Shown one piece after another: positions 18,201-25,672 of a stretch of 64,000 nucleotides of DNA. Under the pieces are notes generated by a model. That model saw only the letters and a list, made by a program, of their open reading frames with translations. It was not told the origin of the DNA and did not search any database. The position numbers and the translations under genes were made by a program. This stretch comes from Deltaproteobacteria bacterium (GTDB lineage: Bacteria; Desulfobacterota; Desulfobaccia; Desulfobaccales; 0-14-0-80-60-11). How positions within the stretch are numbered: position 1 is the first letter of the stretch; each line of letters starts with the position of its first letter. The stretch spans positions 11,153-75,152 of the forward strand of contig JASEFS010000005.1 in assembly GCA_030018495.1 (NCBI GenBank). The letters run 5' to 3'.

Positions 18201-18314
18201 TTCATCGGTGAGTATTACCTTATAGCCTGATTCGGCCAACTCTATGGCCGCCTTGATCCCGGAAATGCCGGCGCCGACCACCAGGACTGTGCCTGTGGGC
18301 TTCTCTTCAGCCAT
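15219..18314 (-). CDS. hdrA: Tandem HdrA-HdrA fusion flavo-iron-sulfur protein
   Basis: 1031 aa with two complete HdrA-like units. The first has VLVVGAGISGIKAA...HCGMC...CTRCGECLKVCP...CSSICC. The second has LCRCGEK..., ALVIGGGIGGMTAA...CSRICC...CARCRRCVNICP...CQACGLCAVEC. Confidence 0.85.
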   Translation of the reverse strand: MAEEKPTGTVLVVGAGISGIKAAIELAESGYKVILTDESPQMGGILAKLDYQFPTDHCGMCRMLPLVGREYASQYCMRKSLFHENIEILPFTGIDSVQGNGGNYRVDLRKRARFIDPAICNELGKCIDVCPVEVEDEFNHGLTRRKAVYQAVPHNNPRMLLIDKQACTRCGECLKVCPTGAINLDAQDEVETREVHAVILASGVQLYNTRDFEDARSYAVSPDVVTSLAFERVLSSSGTYQGGAIRRPSDARPAKKIAWIQCMGSRNRRQHRDYCSSICCMFALKEAVLAKQKGGPEVEATIFYMDMRTFGKGFQQYRDKAVEEHGVKLIRCRVQGVMLKPDGSLMMRYHDPETNEFFEKDFDLVVLSTGQIPFEAHRRWADLLKAPLDERGLLATEQPGMVRVAGKPGLFLCGSLTGLTDISEAIISGIAAAGEAAKFLTALGVDTVKKEDIPEPASKARELPLVAVALCRCGEKTGAAGLDYELFRAELTRYPSVGAVQVIDSICKADGEAALLDSLAKTACNRLLIGACQPFIYRRKLKDVARKAGFNSAMVEIFDLFGVARRGMAEPSAADWTLRAAGEIKADIHSLKYKPALQVNTLPINQTALVIGGGIGGMTAALSLADRGVPVHLVEKEGHLGGYLGTRVEHTIDGLAPVALAADLRQKVLAHKHITVHLNCEVEKSLGTLGRFESQLRFKNNGENKYLHHGAMIIATGGREGATTEYGYGTSEKVLTQAELKRGLTDGNVDVSEVENVVMIQCAGSRQKEGRRYCSRICCLGAIGNALEIKEKNPDARVFILYRDVMTYGFYEQYYTKARAAGIIFVNYSPDAKPRVEMAEGRPVVKFTDPVLKEEMELPADLLVLSTGVDPGESNQGLADALNLSLTEDGFLAEADSKWRPIEFQKVGIYLAGTAHSPMPLKNVLLQAEAAAQKAYTYLSGRELPTAAVTSMVKDALCARCRRCVNICPYGARSYNEADKCIDIDAAACQACGLCAVECQNNAAEVRGWGDKQLMAAIDAKLMDRPLASAG

Positions 18315-18324
18315 AATGCCGCTC

Positions 18325-19455
18325 CTATTTGACCTGGCCGGTCACTTCAATCAGCTCATCCGTTGCGAAGCCGGCCATGGGCTGTTCTTCTTCCAGGGAT
18401 CGTCCCGCCTGATAGTCGAATCGGGCCTGGGTCTTCTCGGCGCATGTCCTGAACAGCGGCATCAGGTCAAGGCCGTTCGGGCAGGCGCTGGTGCACTGGC
18501 CGCAGCCGACGCAGAAAAGGCTCATGTGGGTCAGGCGGGTCAGGTGGTAGAACATGGTGTCGGTGGGCATTTTCAGCATGCCGCTTTGTTCCGCCCACAT
18601 CATGAACTGCTCGCCGGTGTGCCGGAAGGTGTCCGTGATGAAGACGCATTCCTTGCAATAGCAGACCGGGCAGGCAACCCGGCAGTTGTAGCAGTTGACG
18701 CAGCCGGCCAGTTTGTCTGCCAGAGCCTCGAAGCTGTTGACTTCAGCCCGGAATTCGGCAAACTTCTTATCCCTGGCCTCCAGGCGCGCCGCCGCCAGTT
18801 TCTTCACCGCCTCATTCCTGCCGGCAGGGGCCTCACTCGGCTTCATGCCCGATTTTTCCAGAGTCTGCCCGCCTTTTTCGGTTAGGGCTTCGATGAAGAC
18901 GGCGCCGTTTCCCCCGCCTATGGCACACAGGCTTAAATCGGCATTGGCAGCCGTCGGGAATTCACATATCTTGCAGGCGCCGACGATATCGAAGTCCGGC
19001 CCGGAGGTCTTGCCGGCCAGGGCGTTCTCCAGGAAAGCCTCGGATGTGCCTCCCTGCTCCTGGAATTTGACGAAATCGGTATTTTCATAGCGGCCGAGAC
19101 AATCCATGCCGATCAGCAGGACATCATCCAGATTCACCTGCTTCAGCTTGGCGAGTTCAACCACGGCTCGAATTTCACAGGGCCGCAGGACCATGGCAAT
19201 GGTTCGTCCGGATGGCCGCGAGGTAAGTGAAGAGGCGATTTTTGCGCCGCTAACGGCCGCGACCGGGGCAAAAGGATCGACCCCGGCAGTATGTGAGGCA
19301 GAGGTTACGAGTGTCAGCCGGACCCATTTGTGGTTTTGAGCCATCGGCACAAGGACGCCATCAACCGCCCCATTTTCCAGCAGGCCTCGGAAAAACGCGG
19401 CAAGTTCCTTATTCAGTCCGCCTTTTTGAAAAGACAACTTTGCATATTCAGCCAT
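18325..19455 (-). CDS. FrhB/FdhB-family-like iron-sulfur (flavo)protein
   Basis: The N-terminal two thirds (MVLRPCEIRAVVELAKL...LLIGMDCLG) resemble the F420-hydrogenase/dehydrogenase beta-subunit fold. The C-terminus has CVNCYNCRVACPVCYC and CVGCGQCTSACP clusters. Family call is tentative. Confidence 0.5.
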   Translation of the reverse strand: MAEYAKLSFQKGGLNKELAAFFRGLLENGAVDGVLVPMAQNHKWVRLTLVTSASHTAGVDPFAPVAAVSGAKIASSLTSRPSGRTIAMVLRPCEIRAVVELAKLKQVNLDDVLLIGMDCLGRYENTDFVKFQEQGGTSEAFLENALAGKTSGPDFDIVGACKICEFPTAANADLSLCAIGGGNGAVFIEALTEKGGQTLEKSGMKPSEAPAGRNEAVKKLAAARLEARDKKFAEFRAEVNSFEALADKLAGCVNCYNCRVACPVCYCKECVFITDTFRHTGEQFMMWAEQSGMLKMPTDTMFYHLTRLTHMSLFCVGCGQCTSACPNGLDLMPLFRTCAEKTQARFDYQAGRSLEEEQPMAGFATDELIEVTGQVK

Positions 19456-19474
19456 TTTCTGCCATCTCCGTGCC

Positions 19475-19903
19475 TTATATCGCCATTTGGCCCATGTTCT
19501 TAAGGGGGCTCGGCCCGAGCTCTTTCAGTTTCGCCGTCATTTGCACTGCCACTTCCCTCAGCATGGTTCCCTCACTGGCGGCGATCCACCTGAGCCAGAA
19601 GCGCTCTTCGCCGATGCCGTACTGCTTCAGGACCTCGGTGAGGAGCGCCACCCGGCGCCGCGCCTTCAGATTGCCGTTGATGTAATGGCAGTCCCCGGGC
19701 CAGCAGCCGCCGATCAGGACGCCGTCCGCGCCGTTCAGGAAAGCCTTGATGACATACTTCGGATCCACCATGCCGCTGCACATAACCCTGATGATTTTGA
19801 GGTTGGGCGGGTAGGAAAGACGTGAAGTTCCGGCGAGGTCTGCGGCGGTGAAGGTGCACCAGTTGCAAAAAAACGCCACTATTTTGGGTTCAAACTCGCT
19901 CAT
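19475..19903 (-). CDS. mvhD: MvhD/FlpD-type [2Fe-2S] hydrogenase delta-subunit-like protein
   Basis: 142 aa. KIVAFFCNWCTFTAADLAG...IIRVMCSGMVDP...GADGVLIGGCWPGDCHY is the MvhD signature. Confidence 0.88.
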   Translation of the reverse strand: MSEFEPKIVAFFCNWCTFTAADLAGTSRLSYPPNLKIIRVMCSGMVDPKYVIKAFLNGADGVLIGGCWPGDCHYINGNLKARRRVALLTEVLKQYGIGEERFWLRWIAASEGTMLREVAVQMTAKLKELGPSPLKNMGQMAI

Positions 19904-19913
19904 GGTTAACTCC

Positions 19914-22900
19914 TCAGTTAAGTAAAAGGCCGTCTATTTCAGCAAAGATCTGTTTATCGGTAAAGTGTCTCACCTTGGCGGCGCCGCTCGGGCAAGCGCC
20001 GGAGCAGCTTCCGCAGCCTTTGCAGATGGCGCTGTTGACTTCGCTGACTCCGGCAAACTTGTTGAATTCAATGGCCGAATAGGAACAGAGCCCGAGACAA
20101 AGCTGGCAGCCGACGCAGATGTCAGGGTCGATACTGGATATCATGGGCGGGATCTCAACCTGACCCGCGGAGCTCAATGCCAGGCATTCCGCCGCGGCTC
20201 CCTTGGCCTGGGCCACCGTGTCCGGGATGTCCTTCGGCCCCTGGCAGGCCCCGGCCAGAAAGACGCCGCTCGTGGGGGTGGAGACGGGGGCCAGCTTCGG
20301 GTGTTGTTCCTGAAAGAATCCGTCCGGACCGATGCCTATGCCGAACTTCCGCATGACCTCCGGAGCATCCGGCCTGGCCTCCATGGCGGTGCAGAGAATG
20401 ACCATGTCCACCTTGACTTCGATGAGGCGGTTGGAAAGCGTATCCTCTCCCTTAACGGTAAGAATGCCGTTCTCGTCCTCGGTGATGGAGCCGGCCTTGC
20501 CGCGGATCATCTTGACCCCTTCGGCCTGCACCTTTTTGTAGAATTCCTCGTAGCCCTTGCCGAAACAGCGCATGTCGATATAGAAGTTGTAGACCTCGGT
20601 GTCATGCCCGCATTTATCCTTCAGCAGGTGGGCGTACTTGAGGGCGTACATGCAGCAGGTGCGGGAGCAGTATTCATGGTAGTTTTTGTCGCGGCTGCCC
20701 ACGCAATGGAGAATGGCCACGCTTTTCGGCGGGTCGGTGAACTTCAGGGGGTCTTTCAGATCGCGTTTGAGGAGTTTGCCGGCAGTCGGGCCGGTGGCGT
20801 TGGAAAGACGCTCGAATTCAATATTGGTGAAGACGTTCCGGTACTTGCCGTAGCCGTACTGAGTCATCCCGGCCGGGTTCATGGGATCAAAACCGGTGGC
20901 AATGATGATGGAGCCGACCTCGATGGTTTCCTGCGTATCAGTCATGTCGTGGTCAATGGCGCCGGCCTTGCACTCGTTGACACATAGTTTGCATTCGCAG
21001 CAGCTGCCGCAAAGCACGCAGCGGCCCGCCTCGGTCCTGGCCTGCTCCTCGCTGAAGCCCAGTTCGACTTCATTATAGTTGTGGATGCGCTCTGCCGCGG
21101 GCAAGACGGGCATCTTCGCCCGCGGCAGGCGCACGATATTTTTGGGAATCCCCCTCCAGTTGCTCCCGGTGGGCTTGCCGGGTCTTTTTTCCGCCAGTTC
21201 CTCTTCCAGCAGGTATTTTTCTATGGAAATAGCCGCCTGCTGTCCCGCGGCCACGGCTTCGACGGCGTTGGACGGACCGGTAAACAGGTCGCCGCCTGCG
21301 AAGATGCCCGGGAAGCTGGTCTGATAAGTCACCGGGTCCGCGGCGACTGTGCCCCAGGGGGTCATTTCGACGCCTTCGGTGCCTTCCAGGAATTTGGGGT
21401 TGACCTGTTGACCGATGGCCGGGATAACCATGTCGCAGTCAATTTCAAATTCGGAACCGGCCACCGGGACCGGCCGCCGCCTGCCGGATTCGTCGGGTTC
21501 GCCGAGCTCCATCCTGATGCAGCGGATGCCGCAAACCTTTCCATCTTCAGCCAGGATCTCAATCGGATTCACCAGCAGTTCGAGCTTGACGCCTTCTTCC
21601 TCCGCGGCCAGGATCTCACTTTTCACTGCCGGCATCTCCGCCCTGCTCCGGCGGTAGAGTATCATCACCTCGGAGGCGCCCTGCCTGATGGCTTCCCGGC
21701 TGGTGTCAATGGCCACGTCGCCGCCGCCGACCACCACTACCTTCCTGCCGGTCTTGACCGGCTGTTTGTAATTGAGCAGGTTCAGATAATCGATGCCGGG
21801 TATGACGCCTGCGGCATCCTCGTTCCGGATATTCAGCTTCACGCTTTTGGGCGCGCCGGTTGCCAAATAGATGGCCTTAAATCCCTCCTTGAAGAGTCCG
21901 CCGACCGGACGGTTCTTGCCGATGGAGACGTTCATCTGGAAATCCACGCCCAACTTCCTGATGTAGTTGACCTCCTGCTCCAGGATTGCAGGCGGCAGCC
22001 GGTAGTCAGGGATGCCGTAGCGCAGGACCCCTCCGGCTTGGGGCGCCTTTTCGAAAATCGTCGGATGGTACCCCTTTTTGGCCAGGAAATAGGCGGCGGA
22101 AAGCCCTGCCGGACCGGCACCGATGATGGCCACCTTTTCGGTGTCAGGCTTTTTCTCAATGGTCGGCACCGGCAAGGTGTCCCAATCAACCTGGTCCGCC
22201 GCGAAGCGTTTCAATTTGGAAATCGCCAGCGGGGCATCAACCTCCTGCCGTCGGCACTTGGTCTCACAGGGGGCGGGGCAGATGCGGCCAAGAGAGCCGG
22301 GAAGCGGCATTTTTTCCATGATCAGGTCGAGAGCCTCCCGGTACTTCCCCACTCTGATCAGGGCGACAAACCCCTGGATGTTGATGCCGGCCGGACAGGT
22401 CTGCACGCAGGGAGCCCGGTCTTTTTTATCAATGGCATAGCGCACCGGCACAGCCTGAGGGAAGGAGATATAGATGGCCTTGCGCATCTTGGTCCCGACA
22501 TCCCATTCGTTGGGGGCCTCGATGGGGCAGACCTTGGCACAGTCGCCGCAACCGGTGCAGTTCGTCCTCACATAACGGGAGCGCTGGTTGACTTTGACTT
22601 TGAAGTTGCCCACAAAGCCGCTGACGCTCTCTACTTCCGTATTGGTCAGCAATTGAATATTCTTGTTCTGGCCGACAGCCACCATCTTCGGGGTGCCGAT
22701 GCAGGCCGCACAGTCCAGGGTCGGGAAGGTCTTGTCATACTGGAGCATGTGACCCCCGACAGTGGGCTGCCGTTCCACCAGATAAACCTTGTTGCCGGAA
22801 CTGGCGATATCCAGAGCCGCCTGCATGCCGGCGATGCCGCCGCCGACCACCAGGGTATTGGGATTGACCGAAAATTTGCTGGGGTAGAGGGCGCTTTGAT

Positions 22901-23288
22901 GCGTGACCCGCATCAGACCGGCCCTGACCAGGACGATGGCCTTTGCCGTAGCCTCATCTTCGGTCTCTGAGACCCAGGAGCCGTGTTCACGAACACAGAC
23001 CATATGAAAGCCGCGATAGGGATTCAACCCCGCCCTTTGGCAGGCGGCGCGGAAGGTTTTTTCATGCATGCGGGGCGAGCAGGAGGCCACCACCACCCGG
23101 GTCAGATTTTGATGCTTTATTTCCTTCTCAATGAGGTCCTGTCCCGGGTCCGAGCACATGAACAGATAATCCTTGGAGACTACGACGCCGGGGAAGGCGG
23201 CCGCATATTGCACCACCTCCTCCACTCTGACACGATAGGCGATGTTGATCCCACAGTGGCAGATGAAAAACCCGATCCGCTCAGACAT
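19914..23288 (-). CDS. hdrL: HdrL-type large HdrA homolog with inserted GltD/NfnB-like NAD(P)H module
   Basis: 1124 aa. The HdrA N-domain is IGFFICHCGINI and the FAD site is LVVGGGIAGMQAA. Residues about 290-695 carry CVQTCPAGINI...GRICPAPCETKC plus KVAIIGAGPAGLSAAYFL and VVVVGGGDVAID (glutamate synthase small-subunit pattern). The HdrA core then resumes (CSRTCC, CVGCQLC, CKGCGSCSGACP). Confidence 0.8.
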   Translation of the reverse strand: MSERIGFFICHCGINIAYRVRVEEVVQYAAAFPGVVVSKDYLFMCSDPGQDLIEKEIKHQNLTRVVVASCSPRMHEKTFRAACQRAGLNPYRGFHMVCVREHGSWVSETEDEATAKAIVLVRAGLMRVTHQSALYPSKFSVNPNTLVVGGGIAGMQAALDIASSGNKVYLVERQPTVGGHMLQYDKTFPTLDCAACIGTPKMVAVGQNKNIQLLTNTEVESVSGFVGNFKVKVNQRSRYVRTNCTGCGDCAKVCPIEAPNEWDVGTKMRKAIYISFPQAVPVRYAIDKKDRAPCVQTCPAGINIQGFVALIRVGKYREALDLIMEKMPLPGSLGRICPAPCETKCRRQEVDAPLAISKLKRFAADQVDWDTLPVPTIEKKPDTEKVAIIGAGPAGLSAAYFLAKKGYHPTIFEKAPQAGGVLRYGIPDYRLPPAILEQEVNYIRKLGVDFQMNVSIGKNRPVGGLFKEGFKAIYLATGAPKSVKLNIRNEDAAGVIPGIDYLNLLNYKQPVKTGRKVVVVGGGDVAIDTSREAIRQGASEVMILYRRSRAEMPAVKSEILAAEEEGVKLELLVNPIEILAEDGKVCGIRCIRMELGEPDESGRRRPVPVAGSEFEIDCDMVIPAIGQQVNPKFLEGTEGVEMTPWGTVAADPVTYQTSFPGIFAGGDLFTGPSNAVEAVAAGQQAAISIEKYLLEEELAEKRPGKPTGSNWRGIPKNIVRLPRAKMPVLPAAERIHNYNEVELGFSEEQARTEAGRCVLCGSCCECKLCVNECKAGAIDHDMTDTQETIEVGSIIIATGFDPMNPAGMTQYGYGKYRNVFTNIEFERLSNATGPTAGKLLKRDLKDPLKFTDPPKSVAILHCVGSRDKNYHEYCSRTCCMYALKYAHLLKDKCGHDTEVYNFYIDMRCFGKGYEEFYKKVQAEGVKMIRGKAGSITEDENGILTVKGEDTLSNRLIEVKVDMVILCTAMEARPDAPEVMRKFGIGIGPDGFFQEQHPKLAPVSTPTSGVFLAGACQGPKDIPDTVAQAKGAAAECLALSSAGQVEIPPMISSIDPDICVGCQLCLGLCSYSAIEFNKFAGVSEVNSAICKGCGSCSGACPSGAAKVRHFTDKQIFAEIDGLLLN

Positions 23289-25614
23289 GAAGCTCCTCCT
23301 GAGAAAACCCCAATAACGCCCCGCTGTCTTTCTTTCCGGTTTTTACCATGGCATCCGACAAATCAACCGACTGCAGAAGCAGCTCCGAGATATCCAGGAC
23401 CTTCAGCCTGTCTCCGGCATTCATTCGGGTGATGGACTCGTTGAGCATGCGGATGCAGTAAGGGCAGGCCGTGGCGATCACTTCGGCCCCGGTCCCTATG
23501 GCCTCCTTGATCCGTATCCCTGCAAGGTTTTCTTTTCCGGCGCCGTTTTTCCAGGGCCCGCCGCTGCCGCCGCCGCAACAGAAGCTCCGTTCCCGGCTGT
23601 TCTGCATTTCAATCAGGGTCACCCCCGGGTTGGATTCCAGGATTCTGCGGGGGGCTTCGTAAACGGCAGAATGTCTGCCGAGGTAGCAGGGATCATGATA
23701 AGTAACTTTGAGGTCAAGTCTGTGGACGGGTCTGATGGAGCCCTTTTGGACGAGTTCACTCAGAAGCTCGGAAGAGTGAACAACAGCTACATTCTTCAAA
23801 CCTTCATAAGTTCTTTGGAAGGAATTCAGACAGTGAGGGGAAAGGGTAAGGATTTTGGAAACCCCTGCCTCCAGAAACAGTTGGGTGTTCTTCCGGGCCA
23901 AGTCTGCGGCAACTTCCGCAGCTCCGATCTTTTCCGCCAAGTCGCCGCAACAATTCTCCCTTGTTCCCAGAGTTCCATAGGAAACGCCGGCATGTTCGAG
24001 CAGGCGCAGGAGAGCGAGGCCTGCATTTTGGCTGCCTTTGCCGTTATCGGTGTCGTAGGCCATGGCACAGCAGGTGAACAAGCAATACTCATGTTCTTTT
24101 GTGTAAGTTGGCAGGCTTGCGCCCTTGGCCCAATCCAGGCGATCTTCCCGTTTTCCTCCCCAAGGATTGCCGTCTTTCTGCAAATTCGCCACCGCGGCGT
24201 TAAAAAACACCGGCAGCAATCCCGCGTCCACGATCTGACGGCGGACGGATTTTACCAGCTCAGTCAAACCGATGCCCCGGGGACAGTGGGCGACGCAACT
24301 GTTGCAGGTGGCGCAGGTCCACGAGGCCTCATCCACAGAAACGTTGGTGGAAATGTCCAGGGAGATATCCCGGAGGATCTTCCGGGGACTGTAGCTCGTA
24401 ACTTCCCCCCAGGGGCAAACCCCGGTGCAGGCGCCGCACTGCATGCAGCTCTGGAAGGTCTCATCCGCTTCCAGACGGATTGTCGCAAGGTCGGCCTGAG
24501 AGTCGCGCCGGGCCTTTGCCTTCAGGGTGGTCAGGAAGATGGCCAAAGGCCTGTACATCAGGTGGGAAAGCTTGCCGAAAGGCAGCATCAGGCAGAGCAT
24601 GCCCACGCAGATGGCGACATGGATCACATAGATGCTGTAAGTCATAAGCGGCAAGCCGGCAAGCCGAAAGAGGTGCACCATGATGCCGGTCGTGGCAATG
24701 CTGATGATCAACACCAGGAAGAACACGTCCGTAAAATCCGAATACCGGTGAGGTTTGGCCTCTTTTTTGAACCAGCGGCTGTAAAGCATGCTTGTGGAGG
24801 CGACCATCAGGGCGATGGTGGCGTAGTAGCCCAACAGCCGGGTCCAATGCCAGACCGGCTGAACCATGTCGGTCTGGAAGGAGGAGAGATACCCCATAAC
24901 GAGGATCTCCATCGACACCCAGCCGGAGAACAGGAAGAGATGCCTCCACCAGGCGCTGCCCGGACCTGTCCCACATTTCCCCCACCGTTTTTGGGTGAGG
25001 TAATTGATAAAGAACACGGGCGCCTGGGTCACATAAAGATAAAGGGGTATCTTTGTGCCTTTCATAATTCGGTAATGCATGTGGGCCGCATTGGAGAACA
25101 GCATCACAAACACGAATCCCATCATGATCCGGTCGCCGAGATGGACCCAATGAACCGGAGCGAAGGTGGTGAGTTCCACGCGGTCGGTAACGACCGGCCC
25201 GTGAAAGACCAGGAAAAGCAGGACAACGAACAGGGCAATGCCGAGAAAGGCGGCCAATTCAGTTTTGGGCGACGTATAAAACCGCCAGGCAAGCCCCGTC
25301 CAGTCGTACTGGGTTATCAGCCAGCGCCGGGTCGCCATCATGGTTTCGGCGGGCTCCGCGCCCCGAGGGCAGTCGGTGTTGCAGTCGCCGCAATAATAGC
25401 ACAGCCAGGGTTCCGGAGATTCCAGCAGCTTGTCCCTCAGGCCGAGCTGAAGATAGCGGTAAATTCTGCGAGGAAAGGTGTTCTCTCCGGCTGACAAAGG
25501 ACAAGCAGAGGCGCAGTTGCCGCATTGCATGCAGACTTCCATATCCCTGGCCCCAAGCCTTTTGAGCTCGCCGTACAAATCCGGACTGACGTTATTTTCC
25601 TTCACGATATTCAC
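23281..25614 (-). CDS. Membrane-bound fusion: HdrC-like ferredoxin / NarI-DsrM-like cytochrome-b membrane domain / HdrD-DsrK-like CCG domain
   Basis: 777 aa. The N-terminus has CMQCGNCASACP...CYYCGDCNTDCP. Roughly 6 hydrophobic helices with conserved His follow. Then CMQCGACTGVCP...CATCNSCVAHCP and the CCG motifs TCCAMAYD and FCCGGGSG. The start is a GTG and is uncertain. Confidence 0.75.
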   Translation of the reverse strand: MNIVKENNVSPDLYGELKRLGARDMEVCMQCGNCASACPLSAGENTFPRRIYRYLQLGLRDKLLESPEPWLCYYCGDCNTDCPRGAEPAETMMATRRWLITQYDWTGLAWRFYTSPKTELAAFLGIALFVVLLFLVFHGPVVTDRVELTTFAPVHWVHLGDRIMMGFVFVMLFSNAAHMHYRIMKGTKIPLYLYVTQAPVFFINYLTQKRWGKCGTGPGSAWWRHLFLFSGWVSMEILVMGYLSSFQTDMVQPVWHWTRLLGYYATIALMVASTSMLYSRWFKKEAKPHRYSDFTDVFFLVLIISIATTGIMVHLFRLAGLPLMTYSIYVIHVAICVGMLCLMLPFGKLSHLMYRPLAIFLTTLKAKARRDSQADLATIRLEADETFQSCMQCGACTGVCPWGEVTSYSPRKILRDISLDISTNVSVDEASWTCATCNSCVAHCPRGIGLTELVKSVRRQIVDAGLLPVFFNAAVANLQKDGNPWGGKREDRLDWAKGASLPTYTKEHEYCLFTCCAMAYDTDNGKGSQNAGLALLRLLEHAGVSYGTLGTRENCCGDLAEKIGAAEVAADLARKNTQLFLEAGVSKILTLSPHCLNSFQRTYEGLKNVAVVHSSELLSELVQKGSIRPVHRLDLKVTYHDPCYLGRHSAVYEAPRRILESNPGVTLIEMQNSRERSFCCGGGSGGPWKNGAGKENLAGIRIKEAIGTGAEVIATACPYCIRMLNESITRMNAGDRLKVLDISELLLQSVDLSDAMVKTGKKDSGALLGFSQEELHV

Positions 25615-25656
25615 CTTGAAACCAAAGGGACGAGAAACCGTTTCAGGTCCCCCAAA

Positions 25657-25672
25657 AGCATATCCAATACCC
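25657..25672 (-). promoter_or_regulatory. Sigma-54 (-24/-12) promoter candidate for the hdr cluster
   Basis: The minus strand reads GGGTAT-TGGAT-ATGCT, with GG and GC at the canonical 10-nt spacing. It lies about 45 nt upstream of the first cluster gene. It shares the ATGCTTT -12 region with the candidate at 27742. Confidence 0.4.

Noticed and set aside
21081-22970. A 629-aa + strand ORF, plus similar long ORFs at 2670-3959, 13648-14649, 23671-25494, 26130-27815, 36202-37146, 37173-38258, 44036-45064, 52323-53576 (+) and at 40364-41110 and 61355-62548 (-).
   Set aside because: Each lies antisense to a gene with unmistakable family motifs (HdrL, DUF362, HdrB, membrane Hdr, sigma-54 activator, tpiA, pgk, GT4, katG, mlaF, lon). 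Their translations are Gly/Arg/Ala/His/Pro-rich with no recognisable motifs. This is the usual stop-codon-poor shadow frame of GC-rich coding DNA.
13750-25614. Selenocysteine (in-frame TGA) recoding in the HdrA, HdrL or MvhD genes, prompted by the nearby yedE/yedF operon.
   Set aside because: All seven ORFs are uninterrupted and full length, with Cys at the positions where Sec variants are known. No split ORF pair is separated by a single TGA.
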